DNA of 64,000 nucleotides from Trypanosoma brucei (Eukaryota): NCBI GenBank assembly GCA_000002445.1, contig CP000071.1, positions 96,001 to 160,000 of the forward strand, read 5' to 3'. Shown piece by piece: positions 24,226 to 36,893 of this stretch (position 1 is its first letter; each line of letters starts with the position of its first letter). The notes under the pieces were generated by a model. It saw only the letters and a program-made list of their open reading frames with translations, ran no database searches and was not told where the DNA came from. The position numbers and the translations under genes were made by a program.

Positions 24226-26853
24226 TGCACCAAAGCAACACTCAACACTGAGTAAAGTGATATGCAATCACTCCCGTCAACATTACATTGTGTGTGTCCG
24301 AGTATGTCATACAATTACGTTAGTTCGTCCATTCACAAAAATATGTATATAAATACATCTCCAAAGCAGAGAACTGCGAACCACGGTCTTAATCGTTTCA
24401 TTCCTTGAATACGGATACCAAATGAATAGCTCGTGCATCGCGATATTTGCGTATTGATACTCTCTTCCTCGACTCATTTCGTAGACGGCATAAATATGAG
24501 CTTTTGAAAAGCGATGACACACTCTCTCCCGGTGGAACTAAAGTCATGGAGACACTTCCAATTCCAACAACCACATCGAATAGCCAAATCCAGTAGCCAC
24601 TGTATGAGGTTACTTTTACCCTGCAATATGCCTACACATACACAAATATATAAATAAACATATTAATGTATAAACGTATTAATATATAAACATATATTAA
24701 ACAGAGATATTACCGCAGAGACACGTGAAAATCCGAATCTAAGCCTAGAAATTTGTCATATGCTGAGCGAGTCCAAGTGATTAATAGTAAAAAAAAACAA
24801 AAAGACTGCTGACACGCCGCTTCACTACAACAACTCACCACAGCATGCCGAAGACATTCGAAGTTCCAATGTCGATAATGGGAATTCACAACCACAAGCG
24901 TATATTGAATAGAGGAATTTTCATTTTTGTGCCCAATCGCATTTACTTCATCAATAACCGTGAGTTTCTCCTTACTCGCAGAACATGCGTGTATTTTGAC
25001 ACAACAGCCAGTACTTTTCCAAAAAAAAACATGTACGATGGTAGGAACCAAGTGTTCGCATTTATGCACCATCAAAACCTCTTATTCAGTAGAAATAAAA
25101 AGTTTGAAGGAAACGAAAAGAAAGAACCAAATCCCTTTTGAAATGAACATTACTTTTGCGCCTCTCTAACATATAGGTTAAAGCCTCTCTTCTTCTTAAT
25201 CTTTTCCTAACCACACGCACCTCGCATAATAGGGATAAGCGACTGCACCGTGTGTAAAACGATGGAAATTCGCATTGAAGTGCGTAAGTTCGTGAAGGAA
25301 ACAAAAAATAACTGACATGGACACACTCTCCATTACGCCGAGAATGTATCAAAGAAAATATATACACATACGTATGCACAAGCGCGGCATACGGGTATAT
25401 GATATCACGTGATGATGCAGAACTTTCAAAGCATCAACAGCGTACACCACACACTATAGAGAGAGATAGTCATGCCTTTCTGATCTTTTCTTTTTTCACC
25501 CAATCTATTATTCCACATTATTTCTTCCAATAGAACACAATGGTATGGAGTAATAATGTGAGGTGAAGCACATACATATGATATGAGAAGGAGAGGTGTG
25601 ACACTGTAGTGTTTCATCCGAAGGAAGAGTTAACAAATAACATATACAGTAGCCACACTTCCCATATTGTGCACATAATGCCTCATGGTATATTATTAGT
25701 ATGTAAAGGGGAAAACTATGTCGATATATTATGACAAACCTTCACAGCCACAAAATATACGGTTTGCATTATTCTCACATTTCTAGAAAAGCGGCAAACA
25801 CAAAGGAGCTTATTATCATATTCCTATAAATTCCCCATACGTGTGCAAGCTGTCCTCTCAGCATATAATATATTGTGATGTGGAGAGCATAACCCCCACC
25901 AGTGCGACAAATATGGGATCTATGTAAACATCAATAAATAAATATACACTTGCTTCTTGGACATATTGGATGTCATATACATGGGAATCTCACCCAAAAT
26001 AAAGGCGTACAGAATATATTATTATAAAACACAATGGCATGCTATTAATTTTGTTCTCGCATGGAAAAATTGCAGCATAGCATAATATCCGAGTGACCAT
26101 ACACACACATCCAATAAAACGCTCCCCGTCACAACGTGATGCAAAATAGGAGACTACACACATAGTAGAGAATGTGACCCCAACATCTCGACGCAACGTA
26201 ACACAACACACATACACATATACAAGCACACACATATGACTTCTTCAAAAGTCCCTGAGCATGAAATTCCAAGCATCAAGGTTCAGCGCCTCGGGACGTA
26301 AAGTGCCCCTCGAGCCCCACGGTCGTGGAGCGTGCCGCTCATGCCAGCCCATGCATGTACTCTCGTTTGGAGAGGGACAAAATATTATTGTATTGTATAT
26401 AAATATATATACACAGAGAGATAGGTTTGGTTCACAGAGTTGGTGGCACTTACACACACACATAGAAACACAATGCACCAAAAATAATTGAAACATTGCC
26501 TCGTATATATATGTAGTACCACACAGTGTGACGCGCAACAATACAGACAAAAACATACACACACATAGAGTGTATATGCACGCGCATTGTTGATGCAAGC
26601 ATAACATAATACCTCTCACACCTCCGCATCATCACATAAATTTTATAAGTAATGAAATTCTTCCGTTGCTTTTGTTTTTTGTTCAACGCGCTCGAAACAG
26701 ATCTTGTGAAAATGAAGGTACTGGGCGCCGACAAGGGAGGGCAGAGCCCACCAGATAAGAGAAGTGACAGTTCGAGATAATATTCGTTTCGAACATGTTT
26801 TTTTTGTCTTGAGCGAGAACAGACAACTGGAAGAGACGGAGGTAAAGAGCATT

Positions 26854-26876
26854 TATATATATATATATATATATGC
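26854..26876. repeat. (TA)n microsatellite inside a roughly 3 kb CA/TA-rich low-complexity block (about 24.2 to 27.3 kb)
   Basis: 'tatatatatatatatatatatat' at this position. Many 'cacacacata/tatatata' runs lie around it. Confidence 0.8.
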
Positions 26877-27314
26877 CCGCACATAAAACACTTCTCACAC
26901 AGAAATACAAAGTAATAATATACACACATACACACGCATATGTAGTATTATTATACACTTTTTCATTCTCTTCAACGTCAGTGAGCCATATAGACATACA
27001 CACAAGCCGTGCCCACACATATATATATGAATATATATATATATGGAACACACTTTACATGTACACTATATTTTTCCCTATACTTTCTCTTTTTGCTTTT
27101 TGCTTTTACGGGCACCCGGTCTTGGGACTGGTTTCTGGCTTAGAGGCGTTCAGCCGAGAACCACCGTGCGATAGCGTCGGAGCACTTGCCCTTCAACAAA
27201 CTCCAGAAACCAGAGGCACGGCATGGGAGTTCCTCTCGTACTACCCCATACTTCCCTCACGATGCCTGCGAGATCCCTTTACAATCTCACAAACACATAT
27301 ACACATGTATAACA

Positions 27315-27385
27315 GCATTATATAATAAATAATAATAATAATAGGAGAGTGTTGTGAGTGTGTGTATACTATTATTATTATAAAA
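27315..27385 (+). repeat. 70-bp repeat (single unit)
   Basis: 'aataataataataataggagagtgttgtgagtgtgtgtatactattattattataaaagtggtgg'. Confidence 0.8.
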
Positions 27386-28413
27386 GTGGTGGAAATGATA
27401 AATCAACCAGAAAGAAAGAAGAAGCACTTAAATCAATTATAATTTTGCTATGGGAGTAAGGGAGTAGGAATAAAGTCGAGTATTACTAAGCGAAACGCAG
27501 CAACAGAAGAAAGGAGGAGATGGAATATGCGCAGTTTTATACACAAACAAACATATTGATATTATGTTACGCAAAGAGTGATGGAAAGACAGAATGTAGT
27601 GTAGATGCAGAATGGAGTAACTACGTTTTAAACAGAAAAATTTAGAGAAGTAAAGAAAACACAGGATGAAACAGCTGAATACGCGAAAGGGAAAAACAAA
27701 TCAAAAAATAATAGCGTATTACGAGGAGCCGGTTACGCACCCTATTTCGCACAGAAATAGATAGCTGCTATTGTAGGGATGACTAAAACCAGAAAATTAG
27801 CATTAGTAGCTGATAAAAACAATTGTGATGAAGATTTTACGATTAATCATACCACCTTGAGTTGTAACCGCACAAAAATAGTAAAATGATTAGTACATTT
27901 TAAACAAAATAGTAAAACTAGCTGCTGCGAATACCATAAAAATAAATAGACAGAAAATATTAAGACTAAAAAAAAGCATTTTCCCTTTAGTATTCAACGT
28001 TAGTTGCTACTGAAGTTAACTTCTAAAAGAATAACTGCAGCTGAATGATCAAATAAAAACTACACATAATGTGCATACAGCCTTCCACACATACATCATA
28101 AAAGTATAAAAGCATTACTTCTACGTGTAGAAAAGTATTCTTTAAATAACACCTTAGTGATATTAGCAACCTTTTCCATAAAATATATAGAATTTTCTTA
28201 TAAACCTAACAAATTTAAAAGGCATACTGTGGTATGAAATTTGGTATCATGAGAACATTACTGTCACTGTTACTACTACATTTAGTGTGTTTAAGACCAA
28301 TATCTATACAAGGTGAAACAGCAGCTATTTAAACGGAAAATTATACTAAGAAACCAAGAGCGTTTTTTGTTGCAGTTCAACCTCATACAACGAAAGGATG
28401 GTGTAGGCTCATA

Positions 28414-29289
28414 TTGAGTGCCAAACTAAGCAATGTTGAAATTATTACAATTGCAATTAGAGGTTTGTATAGCCATTTTAAAATACCTATATGGGTTATA
28501 GAATTTTTAGAAAGACAGAATTCAAGTTATGAGGATATTGTAATTCATTTGGACGGATCTGATGTTATTGTTTCTGACGGAGGTAAATATGAAACTGCTG
28601 TGGAATATTTTATACAAAATAGTGCAGAAAATGAAGATAAATTTAAAGAAGAGGAAATTCATAAAGATCATGTAGAGAGTTGCTATTGGTTTTTTAATGT
28701 TGGTTACCAAAAAGAGGAGGATAAAAACTTACATCAGTTGCTTAAAATACCTCGTAGTGGCAAACCTTGTCTTAGTGGTGGAAGTTTAATGGCAAGAGTT
28801 TGGGCATTTGAGAAATTTGAATATTCATTTGGAGAATTGCTTAAAGAAAGTGATAAGTAGTGGTCGGGACAGAGTATCTATACGCCATTGCTAATATGAA
28901 GTGCAATTCAAGAGGAAGCTGTTGGGCAGCGATTTGTGTTGAGAAGAGGAATGATTGCATTGGATTATGAGGAGAGATTTTTTACTATTCCTAGTAGTGG
29001 GGTGATTGGACAAGCTCCATTCATTCATTTTCCAGGTCATCCTATTGCGTGGGAGGAGAAAGCGAAGTTAATTGTTAAAAATCTTACTTGGTATAAAGAG
29101 TTGAAAGGAAGACAATTTAATTCGAAGGATATGGGGAAAGTAGAAACTTATGCAGTGTTATCAGAGAAAAATTGGACTTTAAATATTGTAATGTTTGTGG
29201 AAAGTCGTTTGACCAAGGTGGTTTTTTTAAGTCTAAGAAGCTTTAAATCTAACAAAAACACGCATATAATGAGCAGTAGAGTTTTTTAA
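28414..29289 (+). pseudogene. ESAG3-like fragment copy 3 (first part 28414..28860, second part 28936..29289)
   Basis: The first part is a paralog of 5325..5942 ('…SAKLSNVEIITIAIRGLYSHFK…IVIHLDGSDVIVSDGGKYETAVEYFIQNSAENE…GGSLMARVWAFEKFEYSFGELL'). The second part is a paralog of 9701..10006 ('DYEERFFTIPSSGVIGQAPFIHFPGHPIAWEEKAKLIVKNLTWYKELKG'). The two parts sit in different frames and neither has a proper ATG. Confidence 0.45.
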
Positions 29290-29411
29290 AAGATCAGAAC
29301 ATTGTTATATGCCTGCATAAACTGGTCGGAGCACTAAAGGTGCAGCAATAACAGGCGCTTAATAATGCAAACCCCAAAGTCCACAGCACACTAGGAAATA
29401 ATAAGAAAAGC

Positions 29412-30989
29412 ATGCACACCACCACCGTGCTACAGGTAATAGCGCTGCTACTGAGCCAGAGAAAAGCAGCGGCAGTAGCAGCAGGAGACAATGAACATCA
29501 TTTTTTGGATCTATGTGCTCTAATTGCCCTAACACAGCGACCAATACCAGAGCTCCCAGAAACACAGCAGGCCACAACAGATTATCAAGAGATACAGAAA
29601 CTGAACATCTCTCTAAGTGGCACAGACTGGCGAAAGCAGTTTGACAAGACGGGAACTCCGCCTAAGCGAGCAGCCTATAAACCATCTGGAGCTACCGAAG
29701 ACAGCCTGAGAAAGGAACGGCGGCCATACTGGATAAACGCGGAAGATGAAATAGAAACAGACAAAGGGCCGGAAAAAATTCTAAGATCCGCAGGGGCAGA
29801 CGGCGCAACGCAGGCAGACAGACAGCGACTGTTGGCTTTGTTGCAGCCGATTGCGGAGGCAGCAGCATCAACTTTCACTGAAATCGAAAATTTAAAACAA
29901 GCGTCAAAAGCTCTAACTGCAGCAGCAATCCACAAAAAGATTCAAACAGCCACATACGGAGAACAAGCAACGGCAGCAGCGGACTTGACAGCAGCCGTTT
30001 TCAAAGCAGCGAACGGCAACCCTACAAACCGAAAAGAACTCTGCGGCGACACAACGTCGGCTTCAGCTAAAGCAAGAACGCTAACCGCCTTTTTGTACTG
30101 TATTTGCGCGGGCGAACAGTCGCAAAACGCCGGCGGATTCAAGGCATGCAGCAATGCCCAGCCTGCGAATGCTGACGCGCAAGCCGCCTTAACAAATGTC
30201 CATACGGCCATACAAGGGCTAATAAACGTATGTCCGGAACCAGGAAATGACAAAGTAACACCCGACGACATAACAAAGCTGATAGCAGCGGTAGCAGGCA
30301 AGACGACAAGCAAAGCCCAGCAAGCTTTTTACGGCACTTTCGCGGCAACCGACTGCGGAGGACTGTCAGGCAGCGGATTGTGTGTTTACTACAAGACGAC
30401 CACCAAGGCGGACAGCAAAGCGTATCACAACATACAGTGGAAAAAACAGCTCAGCGACGCCGCCAATGACCTCCGGGATCAACAGTTAGCGACTCAGCGG
30501 CTACAAGGCTTGCTTCTGCAATTAAAGTCCCTAAAGAAACAGGCCTACAACCTCAGGCCTCAGCTAGAGATTTACAAAAAACTACAGGTAACAGCGGGCA
30601 AGTCAGGCACAACACAAGAAGCGCAGGCCAAAAAAGGAGACGACTGCAAACAGCACACAAAAAACGCGACCTGCACAGAAAATAACTGCAAATGGAAAGC
30701 AACTACCGAGGAAGCAGGCACGTGTGAAGCCAAAGCGGAGGAACAGAAAAGCCAAGGAACAGGAGAGGGAGCTTCAGGGACATCAGCTACAACTGGCTGT
30801 ACAAGGCACGGAACTGATAAGACTGCTTGTGAAAATGACAAAACAGGCGACAAGCAAAATTGCGCATGGAGAAAAGGTAAAGATGATGAGCCTGACAAGG
30901 AAACAGAAAAGTGCCGAAATGGTTGTTTTCTAGTAAATAATAAATTTGCTCTGATGACTGCTAGTTTTGCGAGTTTGGTAGCATTTTAA
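29412..30989 (+). CDS. VSG: Intact VSG of 525 aa (A-type N-terminal domain, type-2-like C-terminal domain, canonical GPI signal)
   Basis: ATG at 29412, signal 'MHTTTVLQVIALLLSQRKAAAVAA', uninterrupted ORF, C-terminal '…CKWKATTEEAGTCEAK…CENDKTGDKQNCAWRKGKDDEPDKETEKCRNGCFLVNNKFALMTASFASLVAF*'. Downstream is a 3'UTR with 'taatatattttaacgc' (about 31066). Confidence 0.85.
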   Translation: MHTTTVLQVIALLLSQRKAAAVAAGDNEHHFLDLCALIALTQRPIPELPETQQATTDYQEIQKLNISLSGTDWRKQFDKTGTPPKRAAYKPSGATEDSLRKERRPYWINAEDEIETDKGPEKILRSAGADGATQADRQRLLALLQPIAEAAASTFTEIENLKQASKALTAAAIHKKIQTATYGEQATAAADLTAAVFKAANGNPTNRKELCGDTTSASAKARTLTAFLYCICAGEQSQNAGGFKACSNAQPANADAQAALTNVHTAIQGLINVCPEPGNDKVTPDDITKLIAAVAGKTTSKAQQAFYGTFAATDCGGLSGSGLCVYYKTTTKADSKAYHNIQWKKQLSDAANDLRDQQLATQRLQGLLLQLKSLKKQAYNLRPQLEIYKKLQVTAGKSGTTQEAQAKKGDDCKQHTKNATCTENNCKWKATTEEAGTCEAKAEEQKSQGTGEGASGTSATTGCTRHGTDKTACENDKTGDKQNCAWRKGKDDEPDKETEKCRNGCFLVNNKFALMTASFASLVAF

Positions 30990-31244
30990 TGACTACTGCT
31001 CTATTTTATGAAAATTTTGAAAATTTGATTTTGGGGGAAAGTTTGCATATATTTTCTAAATTTAATATATTTTAACGCTTTTGAAAAAAACGTGAAAATT
31101 TTTTAGAATTTGAAAAAGCCAAAAATGAAAATTTAGTACAATTTGTATGATAGTGGCCTGTATGTCCAAAGCATTAGAGCTATACGGTAAGAAAAGTTAC
31201 TATTAAAAATTATTTATTTGTTTATACTGCTTATTTTATGGATA

Positions 31245-31320
31245 TTAGTTGGCGTTATATCAATAATGATAATAATACAAGAGTGTTGTAAGTGTGTGTA
31301 TCGAAACTTTTATGATAAGT
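31245..31320 (+). repeat. 70-bp repeat (single unit)
   Basis: 'atcaataatgataataatacaagagtgttgtaagtgtgtgtatcgaaacttttatgataag'. Confidence 0.75.
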
Positions 31321-31659
31321 TTGTGGTTACAACCGAATAAAAGAACAAAATAGAAGCACGTTAAATATTGGTAAGGTGAAACTGGAGTAATTGAGAGAGA
31401 AATAATTTATATAAATGAACAGGTGTATTATTATAAAGCATGATGCAGAGAGTGTGACGAAATATAAGGACTGTAAAACGCTGAAATAAGGACAGAACTA
31501 ACATAGGAAAGATTATGAAGGCAATAATCATGAAAGGGTACAGCGGGATTGAAAGAATAAACGCAGTTACTAAGTTTCAGGTAAAAGAAGAAAAGAGAGA
31601 TGCATCTGACGAATCACACAGTAAAAGCCTGGGTGGGCAGAATGAGAAAGTCCACATTC

Positions 31660-34600
31660 TTTTTTTTTGAATTTTCTTCGTGCCTTCGTGAGAGTTTTCC
31701 CCCACTGGCGCGGCCATCAGCCATCACCGTACAGCCCTGAGATGCTATCGGTCTGGCGACTGTGGCAGAGTCTCCCTTTTTTTCATTCATCCTAACACAC
31801 CCTCTATAATTTTTGTTGTAGCTCCGCAGTTGAACGGAATACAGCAGATGGGGCGAGAAGCCCCCCCTCCCTGGACTCTCCAAAAGATGTCAATTAGCAA
31901 TCCTTTTGTTTTGATTTTTGTTATTCGTTTATTATTCTCTCTCCCTCTTTCTGTTTCTGTTGCTTGTTGATTTCATACCCCCTCTGTCTCTAAGGGTGTC
32001 TGGACTATTCCTGCGTCCGGTGCTTTTCCTGCTAGCTCCACTCTCGGCAATAAGGGGGGAAGTTGCAGAAGGGAGAGTGGGTTGTATGACTGTTACCTTA
32101 GGTGAGGACTTCACCTGCGGCCGGCTCCGTTCAACCGCAATGAGAAACTGCGCCAGCCTTTTAGAGAAACATACATCCTGCACACACACTCCTTCTACCG
32201 AAAACCTCACACGTAATTCCTTCAAACCTGGACAGCTCATCAGGTGCAGCAACATTTCTTCGCAGTCGCCGCGTTGGCTGGTAACAGCGCGCTCTACCTT
32301 CATACCGTGCATCTTCTTTTGATGTAGGGTGAGGCCAGTTTTGCTAGCACACTGCCGTTCGCATGTCGGGCACACCAACATGGATGTGTTTGTATGCGGG
32401 GAATCAGTGGCACGCAATTTTGTGCTTTTGCTGCATTTAAGCTCGACTCCCTCACCTTTGTGGAAAGCCTTACAGTGTCGGCTGAGGGAGTCCCTGCAAC
32501 TGAGCACTTTTTGGCACACACTACACTGCACCTCCCTTTCCCCGGGATGTCAACGTTTCCCTCACGGGGACGCTTACGAGGGAATTGCACTACCATTACG
32601 GTACCGTCCTCAGTCACTATGCTCTTATGTTTGAATTTCTTGTGTAGTGACAGGGAAGAACGTGTACCGAAGCTCGCCTCGCACAGGTCACATTGAAACA
32701 GCAGCTTCCGTGTATCCTGAGAGGCTGGCGCTGCTGGGGCTCTACCATCTCCTTGCACTGAGTCTTCGTTCTCTCGTCCCCTTTTCACGCGGCAACTACC
32801 GCTACCTATGTCATGTATTGTTCTAAGGTGGTGTAATAGTCGGCCTGGCACTGCGAATTTGGAGGCACAGATGGTACAATAAAGCACCTGTGGTCTCATC
32901 GGGACTCGTGTGCTCGATGGTAGAGGAACGATCGCCACCACTGGAGGGGGCTCCGGGGGGATATCCACTGCAGGTGTTGCATCGCCGTATTTGATCTTCA
33001 AGAGGGCATCAGCTCGCACAAAGCCATGTTTGTTTACCATATGCGTTACAGCACTCGAGCGGCATTGGTATGTGGCATCACATTCCGTACATTTGGTCGG
33101 TTCGGAGGTTCTCTGAAGAGTGCGTGCCGCAACAGGTGGGGCTGTTTGTATTGTTGGTCCTATCGCTGCATGTTGCGGGTTACACCATCGGCACTGCGGG
33201 GGCACACTCGGGTTGATCTTTCGCAACATCCATCCATAGTGTCTTGAAGACCCAACCCGAAAGCGTGCCAGTGCCGTTTCTTCTTCCCTCGTCAGTTCTT
33301 CTTTATGTTTTGTTGGAAAGTGGTTGCCCGTGATACCAAACCTATGAGTGTTTTCATGGACTTCTTCCAACCTAAGCACTCGCTTCGCATAAGCAATGAT
33401 GTCGGGGATCCATGTGTCTCGCAATTGTGGTAAATATGCGGCCTTTTTGGCCATTTCATCGCAAACCTCATTCCGTTTCACGCCACAATGGCCAAACACA
33501 AATTGCAGTCGCATACGCAACTTCCTTCTCTGAACTTGAAGCAGAAGCCTCCATAGTCGTCTTAGAATTGGGTCCGTTACGGCTAGGGGGCCTGTCTGCA
33601 GTGCTGTTAACATTGACAGCGAGTCAGAGAAGATGGACAACCTGCTCGGTGTGCTTCTGTATACCGGAAGCCATTTCAGCAGCCGTTGCAGTCCTATCTC
33701 TAATGCTACGCATTCCGCTCTGTAACTGCATGAGAGTTCCCCTGCTCCGGACTCCTCACCGAGGGACACGGATCCATCAGTCCACAATTCGTAGTGCTTA
33801 CGTCGCGGCGGCTCCTTCCCCCTCCGTGCAAAATGCCGTTCAATCCACTTTTCGGAAGCCCCCCTTTTGACATCGTCAGGGTCATCAGCGCACACAGGCT
33901 TTATCTGCGTGTGAAATAGCGGTCGGCAGCTGTGGCGGAGCGTCGATGTCTCTAGTGGGTGCTCGCGTGGCTCAATGTGGAGGTGGGGGTAGGACCGCAT
34001 GATGCGGGAATGTAGGGCTCTGACTGGGTGTTTGCTGTGGTATACTTCTTCAGCACTGCGCCGCAAACATCCGCTTCGTGACTCACACATCAGCATGAAT
34101 TTCATGCTGTGCACAAGAGTGGCCGTCTTGAGTGGCAGGAGGTTTGCTTCCAGCAGAGAGTCCTCTTTGCGCGTCCCATGCGGTATGCCGGCTATGATGC
34201 AACTGGCTTTGTGTTGTGCTGATGCAAGGAGGTCGCGACTTCGTTTCGAAGCGTCCCAGTACCATACCTCAATGCCATACATGGTGTGTGCCTGTACGAG
34301 TGCTAGATAAAAAGCTCTCAGTACTTGTCGTCTTGGCCCCCATGTAGAAGCTGAGATGGCTGCTATCTGCAGTAGTCGGAAGTCCATCTTGCGTCTCGTT
34401 TCGGCCTCATGTGTTGCCATCCCTTGCAGACACTGGAATGTTACTCCTAGAGAAGCTTCGGTGTCCTGTCAGCTCCTATTCTTTCGCCGTCCAGTTGCAA
34501 TGTAAGGGGGTGGCGCTCTATACACCCGAAGAGTGTGCACTTCGTTTTCGCTACGTTGACAGACATGAAGTACTCTTTTGACCACTGTAACACCACGTTT

Positions 34601-36880
34601 AGGCCGCATTGTAGTGTGTGGTTGATGACATCCCTCTCTGTGTGCCTGGCAAGTAGCGTCAGGTCGTATGCAAAGAATCCGTGCTGCAGTAACGGCACTT
34701 CTGCAAGGCGTTGGCTCAACGAGTTCATGACAATAATGAACATGATTGGGCCAAGGACAGTTCCTTGTGGCACTCCTCGCTCAAATGTTCTGCTGTTGGA
34801 AAGCTTCTCCCTGAATCTCACTCTGCCAGTTCGGTTACTCAGAAATGATACGCACCACTTCACAATGTGGGGTGATACCTTCATTCTGTGCATTTCCCTC
34901 GCAATTTTGTCGTGGTCTACTGTATCGAATGCCTTCTCGTAGTCGACAAATACAGCACCCGTAAGAGATTGGTGCGTGGGGCGGCAGAGGGCAGCGCGGA
35001 CGTGCAGGAGTTGTTCGAGCGTTGAGCATCCGGGGCGAAAGCCTGATTGCTGCGGCGTCAGCTGGGACTCAACAGTGTCTCTAAGCCTCGTGGCAATTAT
35101 GCGCTCCATGACTTTGCAGAGACAGCTCGTGAGCGTCACTGGCCTGTAAGAATCGAGGTCCTCCGCCTTTTTTCCGGCCTTCAGGATGGGGATGATAACA
35201 CCAGTCTTCCATGCAGGCGGCACGACTCCCGTTCGTAGGCTGTCATTGAATAGCCTCAGAACAACATTCAGCGCTGTTCTACCGAGATGTTGCAGTGCCT
35301 CGTTGTATAAGCAATCAGGTCCGGCTGCGGATCCACTCGGTAGCAGTTTGATCGATCTCCGTAGTTCAGCCATCGTGATGGGACTGAACTCACTCGCTAT
35401 CGTCTTTATGGGTGCAGGTGGGTGTGAGTCGGGGTGCCTTCTTGCGCGGGACGAGTACAGTTTACTGAACCTCTCAGCTTGACGGTAGTCCGTGATGGCC
35501 GCGTTATCAACAAGTACAGCCGGTGTGGTTAGTGGTCGTGGCGCATATACCTTCTTGACAATGTGCCAACTGCAGTGGTCTGACACTTCATGTCTGGAGC
35601 ATAGCGTGCTCCATCTCTTCTTTGTGGTACGGTCCAGGATCTGCTTACGCGTGGCTACCAACTTTTCCCTTCGGTGGGAGGGTCCGCATCCAGCGATCTC
35701 TTCATCGAGTTTCGGGAGTGTATGTGTCCAATGCGGATGGCGGAGCTCAATTTCTGTTCCAGGGTGTTGACGTTCTTCTCTCTACCAATTTTCCTGCAGA
35801 GCTCGTCAACCTTGAGACGGAAATTCCTCCAGTTAGCTTTTAGCCATGCGTACATGGGCTTTCGAAGCCGCGGGCAACTCAGTGCATCTGTGTCGTCTCC
35901 AACGATAACGTCGAAAAATATGTGATGGCGATCGCTATCGGGAGAATACAGCGATGTCCACGTGTACACTGTGCAATTCCTTGACAGTGTCACATCAGGG
36001 CTGGACTCCCCGTGGTGGCGCGCGTACCTGGTGCACTCACCAGTGTTGCAGACCAGAAACTGGTTGTCAATGCACCACTGTGTGAGGGTTTCACCCTTGG
36101 TATTTGGTGGGCTCGCGCGATCCCATGCCAACGCGTGTGCGTTAGCGTCTGCACCGATGAGCTGGGCACCGTCAGTCGTTAGAAGCGTATCTAGGTCAGT
36201 TGCCGTGAAGGTGTGTTTTGGTGGGATGTATGCCGACGTGACAGTCAGCGCCGTTCCACGTGCAAGGTGAATTATTGCATGCACTTGTTCAATGCGACCA
36301 ACAACGGCTATACCGGTCTCGACTGGTAGGTCCTCCCTCACTAGTATTGATACACCACCTCCTTTGCAGTTACGAGCTATTCCGTGATGTTGGTAGCCAG
36401 CAACGCTAAAGCAAGCCGCCTCTCCAGGCGTCATCCTTGTCTCGCTCAACAGACAAAAGGCGATCCGCTCATCAACAAGGGTTTTGTGGAGTGCTAATCT
36501 CTTTCCTTGAGATAGCCCGGTGCAGTTCCACTGCATCCCTCGCAACGACGGGCCGGGATTCTCTTCCACATCACCGGACAGCAGCATCTTAGTGCGGATG
36601 ATACTGCTGATAGCACGCTGGCACGTGCCCAGGGACCGACAAATGAAAAACGGTGTCCCGGCAAGACGCCGCTGATCCCTGTTCTGTATGATGCCGTAGC
36701 CGGAGCACAGCAGTGTTCCCCATGAAAGGAACGCTGCTGGCTCTTGGCTTCGCCCGATGATACGGGGTACTGGACCCTGGCACCACGTTGAGGTGGCCGG
36801 CATCGCCAGGGGAAACACAAGCAACCAGATCACACCAAAGAACAAAAGCCGACACAGCTTAACGACATACTCAACGTCAA
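31660..36880 (-). mobile_element. ingi: ingi non-LTR (LINE-like) retrotransposon, about 5.2 kb, with the ORF broken into at least 4 pieces (degenerate copy)
   Basis: Four minus-strand ORF pieces in order. 35655..36845 holds an AP-endonuclease-like N-terminus with a 2A-like 'LLSGDVEENPGP'. 34447..35661 holds reverse-transcriptase motifs ('…FVDYEKAFDTV…', 'GFFAYDLTLL' F/YxDD-like). 32300..34420 holds an RNase-H-like region and C2H2 zinc fingers ('CTICASKFAVPGRLLHHLRTIHD', 'FQCDLCEASFGTRSSLSLHKKFKH'). 31932..32531 holds further C2H2 fingers. A T9 run at 31660-31668 is the poly(A) tail on the element strand. Near 36790-36825 lies the near-palindromic 5' terminus 'ccctggcaccacgttgaggtggccggcatcgccaggg'. 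The length matches the 5.2 kb ingi. Confidence 0.85.
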
Positions 36881-36893
36881 CATGACGATTTCC

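Noticed and set aside
24710..25075. The 121-aa minus-strand ORF (and 24307..24522) inside the CA/TA-rich block, as a possible real gene replacing the missing VSG.
   Set aside because: There are no recognisable motifs. The composition is driven by the surrounding low-complexity DNA. Neighbouring frames are littered with stops. It is treated as noise pending a database search.
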